Shown: positions 11,697 through 23,276 of the stretch, piece after piece
How the letters are laid out: each line of letters opens with the position of its first letter
How positions within the stretch are numbered: the first letter of the stretch is position 1
Sequence record: KY608965.1
Reading direction: 5' to 3' (one strand)
DNA length: 64,000 bases
Source: Escherichia phage phiEC1
Position numbers and translations under genes: made by a program
Notes under the pieces: generated by a model
What the model was told of the DNA's origin: nothing
Seen by the model: only the letters and a program-made list of their open reading frames with translations
The model's database searches: none

Positions 11697-12518
11697 ATGT
11701 TTGGTTATTTTTACAACTCGTCGTTCAGGCGATATATCACAATGATGGGCGATTTGTTTTCAAATATCCAAGTTAACCGTCAATTGTCTACAGGCAATAA
11801 ATTAATTAGAGTTCCTATTACGTATGCATCTAAAGAGCACTTTATGATGAAACTTAATAAATGGACCTCTATAAACTCACAAGAAGATGTGGCTAAAGTC
11901 GAAACTATTCTACCACGTATAAATCTCCAAATGGTAGATTTCGTTTATAACCCAACGTTTAAAACGAATATATTGAATAACTCTCTTTTGAGTAAATCGA
12001 CTAAGGATATTGTAGACCAATACAACCCATCACCAATTAAAATGATTTTTGAACTGAGCATCTTTACTCGTTATGAAGATGATATGTTCCAAATCGTTGA
12101 GCAAATTATTCCATATTTTCAGCCGCATTTTAATACGACTATGATTGAGCAATATGGGCAGGATATTCCATTTGAAAGGGATATTAAAGTCGTATGGATG
12201 GCAGCAGCAATGGATGAACAAATAGACGGTGATAATTTATCCCGTCGACGTTTAGAGTGGTCATTAACATTTGAAGTAAATGGATGGATGTATCCTCCGG
12301 TAGGCGCAGCTGAAGGCCTTATTAAAACGACTTATCTTGATTTTCATGCTAATGAACGAGACCTTCAAACAGCCGCCAGCGTTTTTGAATCAGTTGATAC
12401 AGAAATTAAACCGAGAGACGTTGAAGCACAAGATTGGAATGGTGAAGTTGAACAAACTTATACTCATGATATTCCAATCCCGACTCCACCAACCCCTCCT
12501 GGTCCTAGAAAACAATAA
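11697..12518 (+). CDS. 15: Tail sheath stabiliser / tail completion protein gp15
   Basis: Starts MFGYFYNSSFRRY as in T4 gp15; AGGAG Shine-Dalgarno 5 nt upstream of the second ATG; 273 aa. Confidence 0.92.
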   Translation: MFGYFYNSSFRRYITMMGDLFSNIQVNRQLSTGNKLIRVPITYASKEHFMMKLNKWTSINSQEDVAKVETILPRINLQMVDFVYNPTFKTNILNNSLLSKSTKDIVDQYNPSPIKMIFELSIFTRYEDDMFQIVEQIIPYFQPHFNTTMIEQYGQDIPFERDIKVVWMAAAMDEQIDGDNLSRRRLEWSLTFEVNGWMYPPVGAAEGLIKTTYLDFHANERDLQTAASVFESVDTEIKPRDVEAQDWNGEVEQTYTHDIPIPTPPTPPGPRKQ

Positions 12519-14844
<2,326 letters not shown>

Positions 14845-14871
14845 AAATAAAGCAAATTAAGAGGAATTAAA

Positions 14872-16854
14872 ATGTCACTTCTCTCTCCGGGCGTTGAGCT
14901 CAAAGAAACTACCGTACAGAGTACTGTAGTTAATAACTCCACTGGTACTGCTGCCTTGGCTGGAAAATTCCAATGGGGACCTGCATTCCAGATTAAACAA
15001 ATCACTGATGAAGTTGCATTGGTTGATATGTTTGGTACTCCTAATACGGATACAGCAGATTATTTCATGTCTGCTATGAACTTCCTTCAATATGGTAATG
15101 ACCTTCGTGTTGTACGCGCAGTTGACCGTGATACTGCTAAGAACTCATCTCCTGTAGCAGGCAATATTGAATTCACAATCTCTGCTGCTGGTAGTAACTA
15201 TGCAGTTGGTGATAAAATTATCGTTAAGTATTTGACCGAAACTGTTGAAGCAGATGGTTATGTCACTTCAGTTGATGTCGATGGTAAAATTCTTAACATT
15301 TATATCCCAACCGGTAAAATTATTGCTCGTGCAAAAGAAATTAATGAATATCCGGCATTGGGTTCTAACTGGACCGCCGAAGTTGCCAGTTCTTCTTCTG
15401 GACTCTCTGGCGTTATTACAATTGGTTCTATCGTAACCGATTCGGGTATTCTGTTAACTGAAGTTGAAACTTCTGAAGAAGCTATTACTTCTCTAACTTT
15501 CCAAGAATCTATTAAAAAATATGGTGTCCCAGGCGTAGTTGCTCTTTATCCTGGTGAACTTGGCGACCAGCTCGAAATTGAAATCGTATCTAAAGCAGAC
15601 TACGACAAAGGTGCTTCAGCCCAGTTAAAAATTTATCCTGATGGTGGTACTCGCGCATCTACTGCTAAAGCAATCTTTGGGTATGGCCCACAAACTGATG
15701 ACCAATATGCAATTATCGTTCGTCGTAACGATGCTGTAGTCCAGAGTGTAGTTCTTTCTACTAAACGCGGTGAACGCGATATTTATGGTAGTAATATCTT
15801 TATTGATGATTTCTTTGCTAAAGGCGCAAGCAATTATATTTTCGCTACAGCACAAGGTTGGCCAAAAGGTTTCTCTGGCGTAATCAAACTTGGCGGTGGC
15901 TTATCATCTAATGAAACGGTTGACGCTGGCGATTTAATGGAAGCTTGGGATTTGTTTGCTGACCGCGAATCTGTTAATGCGCAGTTGTTTATTGCAGGTT
16001 CTTGTGCAGGTGAATCTTTAGAAGTTGCTTCTACAGTTCAGAAACATGTTGTAGCAATTGGTGATTCTCGCCAAGATTGCTTGGTTCTTTGCTCACCGCC
16101 ACGTGCAACTATAGTCGGTATTCCTGTTAATCGTGCAGTTGATAATCTGGTTGATTGGCGTACTGCGTCAGGAACTTACACTGATAATAACTTTAATGTA
16201 AGTTCTACTTATGCCGCTATTGACGGTAACTATAAATATCAATATGATAAATATAATGATGTGAATCGTTGGGTTCCATTAGCTGCTGATATTGCTGGTC
16301 TTTGTGCTCGCACAGACAATATTTCTCAGCCTTGGATGTCTCCTGCCGGTTATAACCGTGGACAAATTCTTAACGTTATTAAGCTTGCGATTGAAACTCG
16401 CCAAGCACAACGTGATCGTTTGTATCAGGAAGCTATTAACCCTGTTACTGGTACCGGTGGTGATGGGTATGTTCTGTACGGTGATAAAACTGCCACTTCC
16501 GTTCCTTCACCATTTGACCGTATTAACGTTCGTCGTTTGTTCAATATGGTTAAAACGAACATTGGTTCAGCATCTAAATATCGCCTGTTTGAATTGAACA
16601 ACGCATTTACCCGTTCTTCTTTCCGTACAGAGACTTCTCAATATCTACAGGGTATTAAAGCTCTCGGTGGTGTATATAACTTTAAAGTTGTTTGTGATAC
16701 TACCAATAATACCCCAGCAGTTATCGACCGTAATGAATTTGTAGCTACTTTCTACTTACAACCTGCCCGCTCGATAAATTATATTACGTTGAACTTTGTA
16801 GCAACAGCAACTGGTGCCGATTTCGACGAACTGATTGGTGCTGTAGGTGGTTAA
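14872..16854 (+). CDS. 18: Tail sheath protein gp18
   Basis: 660 aa (T4 gp18 is 659 aa); late promoter TATAAATA overlapping the gp17 stop. Confidence 0.95.
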   Translation: MSLLSPGVELKETTVQSTVVNNSTGTAALAGKFQWGPAFQIKQITDEVALVDMFGTPNTDTADYFMSAMNFLQYGNDLRVVRAVDRDTAKNSSPVAGNIEFTISAAGSNYAVGDKIIVKYLTETVEADGYVTSVDVDGKILNIYIPTGKIIARAKEINEYPALGSNWTAEVASSSSGLSGVITIGSIVTDSGILLTEVETSEEAITSLTFQESIKKYGVPGVVALYPGELGDQLEIEIVSKADYDKGASAQLKIYPDGGTRASTAKAIFGYGPQTDDQYAIIVRRNDAVVQSVVLSTKRGERDIYGSNIFIDDFFAKGASNYIFATAQGWPKGFSGVIKLGGGLSSNETVDAGDLMEAWDLFADRESVNAQLFIAGSCAGESLEVASTVQKHVVAIGDSRQDCLVLCSPPRATIVGIPVNRAVDNLVDWRTASGTYTDNNFNVSSTYAAIDGNYKYQYDKYNDVNRWVPLAADIAGLCARTDNISQPWMSPAGYNRGQILNVIKLAIETRQAQRDRLYQEAINPVTGTGGDGYVLYGDKTATSVPSPFDRINVRRLFNMVKTNIGSASKYRLFELNNAFTRSSFRTETSQYLQGIKALGGVYNFKVVCDTTNNTPAVIDRNEFVATFYLQPARSINYITLNFVATATGADFDELIGAVGG

Positions 16855-16886
16855 TAAGACGCCTGATGGGCTATTTCGGTAGCCCA

Positions 16887-16894
16887 TATAAATA
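16887..16894 (+). promoter_or_regulatory. Late promoter (TATAAATA) for gene 19
   Basis: Exact TATAAATA between hairpin 16868..16885 and the gp19 start. Confidence 0.75.
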
Positions 16895-16966
16895 TACTAT
16901 ATCGTTTAAAAATTAATTCTATGGGCGTCTGGTTAATCCTAAGCCCATATTACTACAGAGGCTAAT

Positions 16967-17458
16967 ATGTTTGTAGATGACGTAACTCGCGCCTTCGAAT
17001 CTGGTGATTTCGCTCGCCCTAACCTGTTCGAAGTAGAAATCTCTTATCTTGGGCAAAACTTTAGCTTCCAGTGTCGTGCTACGGCTCTTCCTGCTGCAAT
17101 CGTTGAAAAGGTTCCTGTTTCTTATATGAACCGTAAAATTAACGTGGCCGGTGATCGTACATTCGATGATTGGACTATTACAGTAATGAACGATGATGCT
17201 CATAGCATTCGTCAGAAATTTGTTGATTGGCAAGGTATTGCAGCAGGACAAGGTAATGAAATTACCGGTGGTAAACCTGCTGAATATAAAAAGACTGCTA
17301 TCGTTCGTCAATTTGCTCGTGATGCTAAAACGGTCACTAAAGAAGTTGAAATTGTCGGCTTGTGGCCTACTAACGTTGGTGAAGTATCTCTTGATTGGGA
17401 TTCGAATAACGAGATTGAAACGTTCGAAGTAACTCTTGCTCTTGATTGGTGGGAATAA
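16967..17458 (+). CDS. 19: Tail tube protein gp19
   Basis: 163 aa as in T4 gp19; late promoter 16887..16894. Confidence 0.95.
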   Translation: MFVDDVTRAFESGDFARPNLFEVEISYLGQNFSFQCRATALPAAIVEKVPVSYMNRKINVAGDRTFDDWTITVMNDDAHSIRQKFVDWQGIAAGQGNEITGGKPAEYKKTAIVRQFARDAKTVTKEVEIVGLWPTNVGEVSLDWDSNNEIETFEVTLALDWWE

Positions 17459-17506
17459 TCCGGTTGGGGAGAAATCCCCAGCTTCCCGTGATGACGGAGA
17501 AGTCCA

Positions 17507-17514
17507 TATAAATA
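17507..17514 (+). promoter_or_regulatory. Late promoter (TATAAATA) for gene 20
   Basis: Exact TATAAATA 28 nt upstream of the gp20 ATG; GAAA-tetraloop hairpin at 17465..17480. Confidence 0.75.
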
Positions 17515-17542
17515 TAACTATAATTCCCATTTGGAGAATACA

Positions 17543-19114
17543 ATGAAATTTAATATCTTAAGTTTGTTTGCTCCATGGGCAAAAATGGACGAACGTGATT
17601 ACAAAGACCAAGAAAAAGAAAATTTAGAATCTATCACCACACCAAAATTAGACGATGGCGCTAAAGAATACGAAGTATCTGAAAATGAAGCACAGCAAAC
17701 ATATAATGCTATGTTTCAGAGAATGTTCGGTAGTCAAGAACCAGGGCTCAAATCAACCCGTGAATTAATCGATACGTATCGAAATTTGATGACGAACTAT
17801 GAAGTGGATAACGCGGTCTCTGAAATAGTTTCTGATGCTATCGTATATGAAGATGATACAGAAGTCGTTTCTATAAATTTAGACAACACAAAATTTAGTC
17901 CAAATATAAAATCAATGATGTTGGATGAATTTAACGAAGTGTTGAATCATTTATCTTTCCAACGTAAAGGTTCAGACCATTTTAGGCGTTGGTATGTAGA
18001 TTCTCGAATTTTCTTCCATAAAATTATTGACCCTAAACGCCCTAAAGAAGGTATTAAAGAGCTTCGTCGTTTAGACCCACGCCAAGTTCAATATGTCCGT
18101 GAAGTTATTACAACCACTGAAGCCGGTGTTAAAATAGTCAAGGGTTATAAAGAATATTTCATTTATGACACATCACACGAATCTTATGCTTGTGATGGTC
18201 GCATATATGAAGCTGGCACAAAAATAAAAATCCCTAAAGCCGCGATTGTTTATGCCCATTCTGGTTTAGTTGATTGTTGTGGTAAAAATATCATCGGTTA
18301 TTTGCATCGGGCTATTAAGCCGGCGAACCAATTAAAACTTCTTGAAGATGCCGTCGTAATTTATCGTATTACTCGTGCTCCCGATCGTCGTGTATGGTAC
18401 GTTGATACAGGTAATATGCCTTCAAGAAAAGCAGCAGAACATATGCAACATGTTATGAATACGATGAAAAACCGTATTGCATATGATGCTACTACAGGCA
18501 AGATTAAAAACCAGCAGCATATTATGTCGATGACCGAAGATTATTGGTTACAACGACGTGATGGTAAAGCAGTAACAGAAGTTGACACATTACCAGGTGC
18601 AGATAATACTGGAAATATGGAAGATGTACGTTGGTTCCGTAATGCGCTTTATATGGCTTTACGTATTCCTATTACCCGTATTCCAAGTGACCAAGGTGGT
18701 ATACAGTTTGATGCTGGTACTTCTATTACACGAGATGAATTATCATTTGGTAAATTTATTCGTGAGCTGCAACATAAATTTGAAGAGATATTCCTAGACC
18801 CGCTTAAAACTAATTTAATTCTTAAAGGAATTATTACAGAAGATGAGTGGAATGATGAAATAAATAATATTAAGATAAAATTTCATCGGGATAGTTATTT
18901 CTCGGAATTAAAGGATGCTGAGATTCTGGAGCGTCGAATTAATATGCTTCAGATGGCCGAACCATTTATTGGTAAATATATTTCTCACAGAACAGCTATG
19001 AAAGATATTCTTCAGATGTCTGACGAGGAAATTGAACAAGAGGCTAAGCAAATTGAAGAAGAGTCGAAAGAGGCTCGTTTCCAAGACCCCGACCAAGAAC
19101 AAGAGGATTTTTAA
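17543..19114 (+). CDS. 20: Portal vertex protein gp20
   Basis: Starts [18 protein letters not shown] as in T4 gp20; 523 aa; late promoter 17507..17514. Confidence 0.95.
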   Translation: MKFNILSLFAPWAKMDERDYKDQEKENLESITTPKLDDGAKEYEVSENEAQQTYNAMFQRMFGSQEPGLKSTRELIDTYRNLMTNYEVDNAVSEIVSDAIVYEDDTEVVSINLDNTKFSPNIKSMMLDEFNEVLNHLSFQRKGSDHFRRWYVDSRIFFHKIIDPKRPKEGIKELRRLDPRQVQYVREVITTTEAGVKIVKGYKEYFIYDTSHESYACDGRIYEAGTKIKIPKAAIVYAHSGLVDCCGKNIIGYLHRAIKPANQLKLLEDAVVIYRITRAPDRRVWYVDTGNMPSRKAAEHMQHVMNTMKNRIAYDATTGKIKNQQHIMSMTEDYWLQRRDGKAVTEVDTLPGADNTGNMEDVRWFRNALYMALRIPITRIPSDQGGIQFDAGTSITRDELSFGKFIRELQHKFEEIFLDPLKTNLILKGIITEDEWNDEINNIKIKFHRDSYFSELKDAEILERRINMLQMAEPFIGKYISHRTAMKDILQMSDEEIEQEAKQIEEESKEARFQDPDQEQEDF

Positions 19115-19350
19115 TGGACGATTTAATTCAAGCTATTAAATCAAACGACCTCGTTGCTACTCGAAAGTTTTTTGAAAGTGCAATGGCAGAAAAAGCGGTT
19201 CGTTTGATTGAAGCGCGTAAAGCAGAAATCGCTTCTCAATTTTTGATTGAAGGCGAAGAACCTGAAGAAGAAAAGAAAGCTAAAGCTTCGGAAGACGACG
19301 CTGATGAAGGCGATGACGACGAAGACGAAGATGATGAGGACGATGAATAA
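19114..19350 (+). CDS. 67: Prohead core protein gp67
   Basis: 78 aa with acidic C-terminal tail; synteny between 20 and 68. Confidence 0.85.
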   Translation: MDDLIQAIKSNDLVATRKFFESAMAEKAVRLIEARKAEIASQFLIEGEEPEEEKKAKASEDDADEGDDDEDEDDEDDE

Positions 19351-19775
19351 TGTATCTTATCCCTGAATCTTATGAATTGGTACTCGAAAATGTCGAAGCA
19401 CTTATTCCTGAAGCACAGGGCCGAATCGATGCATTGTCTTCTGCTCTCGATATTGACGATATAAATACTATTATCGAGAACATGCTTGAAACTGAAACGG
19501 ATTTAGCTGTTGCAATGGCTTCCATTATTAATGAAGAACAGTTAAATGAGTTTATCGTTAAACATGTTTCTTCTCGTGGTGAAGTCACCCGCACTAAAGA
19601 CCGTAAAACTCGTGAACGTAACGCGTTCCAAACCACTGGTCTTTCTAAAGCAAAACGTAGACAAATCGCTCGTAAGGTCGTTAAAGCTAAAAAAGCTAAC
19701 CCTTCAGGCCAAGTTAAAGGCTTGCGTAAGCGTAAAAAGGCTCTTAAACGTCGTAAAGCATTAGGATTAAGCTAA
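19350..19775 (+). CDS. 68: Prohead core protein gp68
   Basis: 141 aa as in T4 gp68; synteny. Confidence 0.85.
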   Translation: MYLIPESYELVLENVEALIPEAQGRIDALSSALDIDDINTIIENMLETETDLAVAMASIINEEQLNEFIVKHVSSRGEVTRTKDRKTRERNAFQTTGLSKAKRRQIARKVVKAKKANPSGQVKGLRKRKKALKRRKALGLS

Positions 19776-20422
19776 TGAATAAACCCGAGTTACTTATTGA
19801 AACTTGGGGTCAACCCGGTGAGATTATTGATGGCGTTCCAATGTTGGAATCTCATGATGGAAAAGATTCTGGCTTAAAACCAGGGCTTTATATAGAAGGT
19901 ATTTTTCTTCAGGCAGAGGTTGTTAACCGAAATAAACGTTTATATCCTAAACGCGTTTTGGAAAAAGCAGTAAGTGACTATATTAAAGAACAAGTCGCAA
20001 CCAAACAAGCCCTTGGAGAATTAAACCATCCACCTCGTGCAAATGTTGACCCTATGCAAGCCGCTATCATTATTGAAGATATGTGGTGGAAAGGAAACGA
20101 TGTATATGGACGTGCTAGAATTATTGAAGGCGACCATGGTCCCGGCGATAAATTAGCTGCTAATATACGAGCTGGTTGGATTCCGGGTGTTTCCTCTCGT
20201 GGTCTTGGTTCTTTAACCGACACCAATAAAGGGTACCGTATCGTGAACGAAGGATTTAAATTAACCGTCGGCGTAGATGCCGTATGGGGACCTTCTGCTC
20301 CAGATGCTTGGGTTACTCCTAAACAAATATCAGAATCAGAATCAGAAAATTCGGTGGAAATCACCAAAAACAGTGCTGACGAAGCATTTAAAGCTCTCGC
20401 AGAGAGTTTAAAAGCATTATAA
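19775..20422 (+). CDS. 21: Prohead core scaffold protease gp21
   Basis: 215 aa (T4 gp21 is 212 aa); synteny upstream of 22 and 23. Confidence 0.9.
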   Translation: MNKPELLIETWGQPGEIIDGVPMLESHDGKDSGLKPGLYIEGIFLQAEVVNRNKRLYPKRVLEKAVSDYIKEQVATKQALGELNHPPRANVDPMQAAIIIEDMWWKGNDVYGRARIIEGDHGPGDKLAANIRAGWIPGVSSRGLGSLTDTNKGYRIVNEGFKLTVGVDAVWGPSAPDAWVTPKQISESESENSVEITKNSADEAFKALAESLKAL

Positions 20423-20425
20423 ATA
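20418..20425 (+). promoter_or_regulatory. Late promoter (TATAAATA) for gene 22, overlapping gp21 stop codon
   Basis: Exact TATAAATA 30 nt upstream of the gp22 ATG. Confidence 0.7.
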
Positions 20426-20455
20426 ATAATGTAATCTAAACCACAGGACACTAAA

Positions 20456-21268
20456 ATGATCAAAGAACAACTTTTGAAAGAAGCTCAGAACATCGAGACT
20501 TCAGTTGCTCTTAATAGTGTTTTCGAATCAGTAGAACTGTCTCCGGACGTTAAAGCTAATTTCAGCACTGTATTCGAAGCCACCGTTAAGCAGGAAGCAG
20601 TCAAACTGGCTGAATCTCATATCAAAGCCATCGCCGAAAAGGCTGAAGAAGAAGTTGAAAAGGCTAAAGAAGATGCTGAAGAGAAAGCTGATAAAAAATT
20701 GGCTGAACAAGCTTCTAAATTCCTGGACCATCTTGCAAAAGAATGGCTCGCAGAAAACCAAATCGCAGTTGATAAAGGCATTAAAGCTGATTTGTTCGAA
20801 TCCATGCTTGGTGGTCTGAAAGAACTGTTTGTTGAACATAACGTTGTTGTTCCAGAAGAATCTGTAGATGTTGTAGCAGAAATGGAAGAAGAGCTGGCCG
20901 AACATAAAGAAGAAACCGCTCGTTTGTTCGAAGAAGTTACCAAACGTGATGCATATATCAATTACGTTCAGCGTGAAACCGCTATTAATGAAAGCGTAAA
21001 AGACCTGACTGAATCTCAGAAAGAAAAAGTTATTGGCCTGGTTGAAGGTATGGATTATTCTGACGCATTTGGTACTAAGTTAACTGCTATTGTAGAAATG
21101 GTTAAAGGTTCTACTAAAGAAGAAGCCGATATTACCGAAAGTATAAATACAGTTGACAATGACGCTGCCGGTCTTAATTTTGTTGCCGAAGCAGTTGACA
21201 CTACCACAACTCAGGTAGAACAGAATTCTAATGTAAGTTTATATGCGAAAGTCGCATCTCGTTTCTAA
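20456..21268 (+). CDS. 22: Prohead core scaffold protein gp22
   Basis: 270 aa, Glu/Lys-rich helical scaffold; late promoter 20418..20425. Confidence 0.9.
   Translation: MIKEQLLKEAQNIETSVALNSVFESVELSPDVKANFSTVFEATVKQEAVKLAESHIKAIAEKAEEEVEKAKEDAEEKADKKLAEQASKFLDHLAKEWLAENQIAVDKGIKADLFESMLGGLKELFVEHNVVVPEESVDVVAEMEEELAEHKEETARLFEEVTKRDAYINYVQRETAINESVKDLTESQKEKVIGLVEGMDYSDAFGTKLTAIVEMVKGSTKEEADITESINTVDNDAAGLNFVAEAVDTTTTQVEQNSNVSLYAKVASRF
21142..21149 (+). promoter_or_regulatory. Late promoter (TATAAATA) for gene 23, inside the 3' end of gene 22
   Basis: Exact TATAAATA about 137 nt upstream of the gp23 ATG. Confidence 0.6.
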
Positions 21269-21285
21269 TTTAAAGGTTAACACAA

Positions 21286-22854
21286 ATGACTACTATCAAA
21301 ACTAAAGCTCAGCTCGTAGACAAATGGAAAGAACTGCTGGAAGGTGAAGGCCTGCCGGAAATCGCTAATAGCAAGCAGGCTATTATCGCTAAAATCTTCG
21401 AAAACCAGGAAAAAGATTTCGAAGTATCCCCTGAATATAAAGACGAGAAAATCGCTCAGGCATTTGGTTCTTTCTTGACCGAAGCTGAAATTGGTGGTGA
21501 CCACGGTTATAATGCTCAGAATATTGCAGCAGGTCAAACCTCTGGTGCAGTAACCCAAATTGGGCCGGCAGTTATGGGTATGGTTCGTCGTGCTATTCCT
21601 AATCTGATCGCTTTTGATATTTGTGGTGTTCAGCCTATGAACAGCCCGACCGGTCAGGTATTTGCTCTCCGTGCAGTATATGGTAAAGACCCTATCGCTG
21701 CTGGCGCTAAAGAAGCTTTCCATCCGATGTATGCCCCAGACGCGATGTTCTCTGGTCAGGGTGCTGCTAAGAAATTCCCAGCTCTGGCTGCTGACACTAC
21801 TACTGTTGTAGGTGATATCTATACTCACTTCTTCCAAGAAACTGGTACTGTATATCTGCAAGCTTCTGCTATCGTAACACTTGATTCTGGTGCAACTGAT
21901 GCAGCTAAATTAGATGCAGAAGTTAAGAAACAAATGGAAGCTGGTGCACTGGTAGAAATCGCTGAAGGTATGGCTACTTCTATCGCTGAACTCCAGGAAG
22001 GTTTCAACGGTTCTACCGATAACCCATGGAATGAAATGGGCTTCCGTATCGATAAACAAGTTATCGAAGCTAAATCTCGCCAGCTGAAAGCTGCTTACTC
22101 TATCGAATTAGCACAAGACCTCCGTGCAGTACACGGTATGGATGCTGATGCTGAACTGAGCGGTATTCTGGCTACAGAAATTATGCTAGAAATCAACCGT
22201 GAAGTTGTTGATTGGATTAACTACTCTGCACAGGTTGGTAAATCTGGTATGACCCTGACTCCGGGTTCTAAAGCTGGCGTATTTGACTTCCAGGACCCGA
22301 TTGATATCCGTGGTGCTCGTTGGGCCGGTGAAAGCTTTAAATCTCTGTTGTTCCAGATTGATAAAGAAGCAGTTGAAATTGCTCGTCAAACCGGCCGTGG
22401 TGAAGGTAACTTCATTATCGCTTCCCGTAACGTAGTTAACGTACTGGCTTCAGTTGATACTGGTATTTCTTACGCTGCACAGGGCCTGGCTTCTGGTTTT
22501 AATACCGACACTACTAAATCTGTGTTTGCCGGTGTACTTGGTGGTAAATACCGCGTATACATCGACCAGTATGCTAAACAGGATTACTTCACCGTTGGTT
22601 ACAAAGGCGCTAACGAAATGGATGCAGGTATTTACTATGCTCCTTACGTTGCACTTACCCCACTGCGTGGTTCCGATCCTAAGAACTTCCAGCCGGTAAT
22701 GGGCTTTAAAACTCGTTACGGTATCGGTGTTAACCCGTTTGCTGAAAGTTCCCTGCAGGCTCCAGGTGCTCGCATCCAGTCCGGTATGCCGTCTATCCTG
22801 AACAGCCTTGGTAAGAACGCTTACTTCCGCCGTGTATATGTAAAAGGCATCTAA
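21286..22854 (+). CDS. 23: Major capsid protein gp23
   Basis: 522 aa (T4 gp23 is 521 aa); high codon bias; strong terminator downstream. Confidence 0.97.
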   Translation: MTTIKTKAQLVDKWKELLEGEGLPEIANSKQAIIAKIFENQEKDFEVSPEYKDEKIAQAFGSFLTEAEIGGDHGYNAQNIAAGQTSGAVTQIGPAVMGMVRRAIPNLIAFDICGVQPMNSPTGQVFALRAVYGKDPIAAGAKEAFHPMYAPDAMFSGQGAAKKFPALAADTTTVVGDIYTHFFQETGTVYLQASAIVTLDSGATDAAKLDAEVKKQMEAGALVEIAEGMATSIAELQEGFNGSTDNPWNEMGFRIDKQVIEAKSRQLKAAYSIELAQDLRAVHGMDADAELSGILATEIMLEINREVVDWINYSAQVGKSGMTLTPGSKAGVFDFQDPIDIRGARWAGESFKSLLFQIDKEAVEIARQTGRGEGNFIIASRNVVNVLASVDTGISYAAQGLASGFNTDTTKSVFAGVLGGKYRVYIDQYAKQDYFTVGYKGANEMDAGIYYAPYVALTPLRGSDPKNFQPVMGFKTRYGIGVNPFAESSLQAPGARIQSGMPSILNSLGKNAYFRRVYVKGI

Positions 22855-22878
22855 TCTTAATTGATTAAATCTTATTTT

Positions 22879-22904
22879 GGGAGACTTCGGTCTCCCATTT
22901 TTGG
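22879..22904 (+). terminator. Rho-independent terminator after gene 23
   Basis: GGGAGAC-TTCG-GTCTCCC followed by ATTTTTGG. Confidence 0.85.
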
Positions 22905-22906
22905 TT

Positions 22907-23176
22907 TTATTTCTGTGCAATTTCGATGTAAGTTTTCAAAATATTTTGCCAATTAGGCATACCTTCTTGGACATATGCCGGAGAACCGTCTTTGTTTTTG
23001 AATGATGCAAGTTTATCAGTGGCCCAATAACCTTTAGCTCGAGCTTCAGAATCAACTTTCATCCATACTTTGTTGAAGGCATTACCATTAACTTTTGCAC
23101 CATATTTTTCTACTAACTTAACTGCTTCAGCTTCCAGAACTTTTAAAGTATCTCGTAAGAAACGTGCTTTAGTCAT
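22907..23176 (-). CDS. Hypothetical early protein (orphan) encoded antisense within the capsid gene block
   Basis: 89-aa ORF with ATG, GAGGAG Shine-Dalgarno and its own early-type promoter (GTTTAC-N18-TACTAT) at 23207..23236. Confidence 0.6.
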   Translation of the reverse strand: MTKARFLRDTLKVLEAEAVKLVEKYGAKVNGNAFNKVWMKVDSEARAKGYWATDKLASFKNKDGSPAYVQEGMPNWQNILKTYIEIAQK

Positions 23177-23206
23177 TTTGTTTACTCCTCTGTAGTTGAT
23201 AAGTCT

Positions 23207-23236
23207 ATAGTATCACATACCAAATACGTTGTAAAC
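23207..23236 (-). promoter_or_regulatory. Early promoter for orphan ORF 22907..23176
   Basis: On - strand GTTTAC-N18-(TGTGA)TACTAT; back-to-back with late promoter of gene 24. Confidence 0.6.
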
Positions 23237-23242
23237 AATCTT

Positions 23243-23250
23243 TATAAATA
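23243..23250 (+). promoter_or_regulatory. Late promoter (TATAAATA) for gene 24
   Basis: Exact TATAAATA 26 nt upstream of the gp24 ATG. Confidence 0.75.
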
Positions 23251-23276
23251 ATCTATATCACATAAGGAAAAATGCA

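Noticed and set aside
16919-17530. 203-aa ORF on the - strand
   Set aside because: Lies antisense across the strongly conserved tail-tube gene 19 and its late promoter; no promoter or ribosome-binding site; most likely a chance open frame.
19460-19467. TATAAATA inside gene 68
   Set aside because: Exact late-promoter octamer, but about 300 nt upstream of gene 21 and inside coding sequence; plausible but not distinguishable from chance.
20528-20961. Two overlapping - strand ORFs (125 and 114 aa)
   Set aside because: Antisense to the Glu/Lys-rich scaffold gene 22; low-complexity translations typical of the reverse frame of a repetitive coding region.
21277-22920. - strand ORFs of 194, 60, 67 and 156 aa
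   Set aside because: All are antisense inside the major capsid gene 23, with no start signals.
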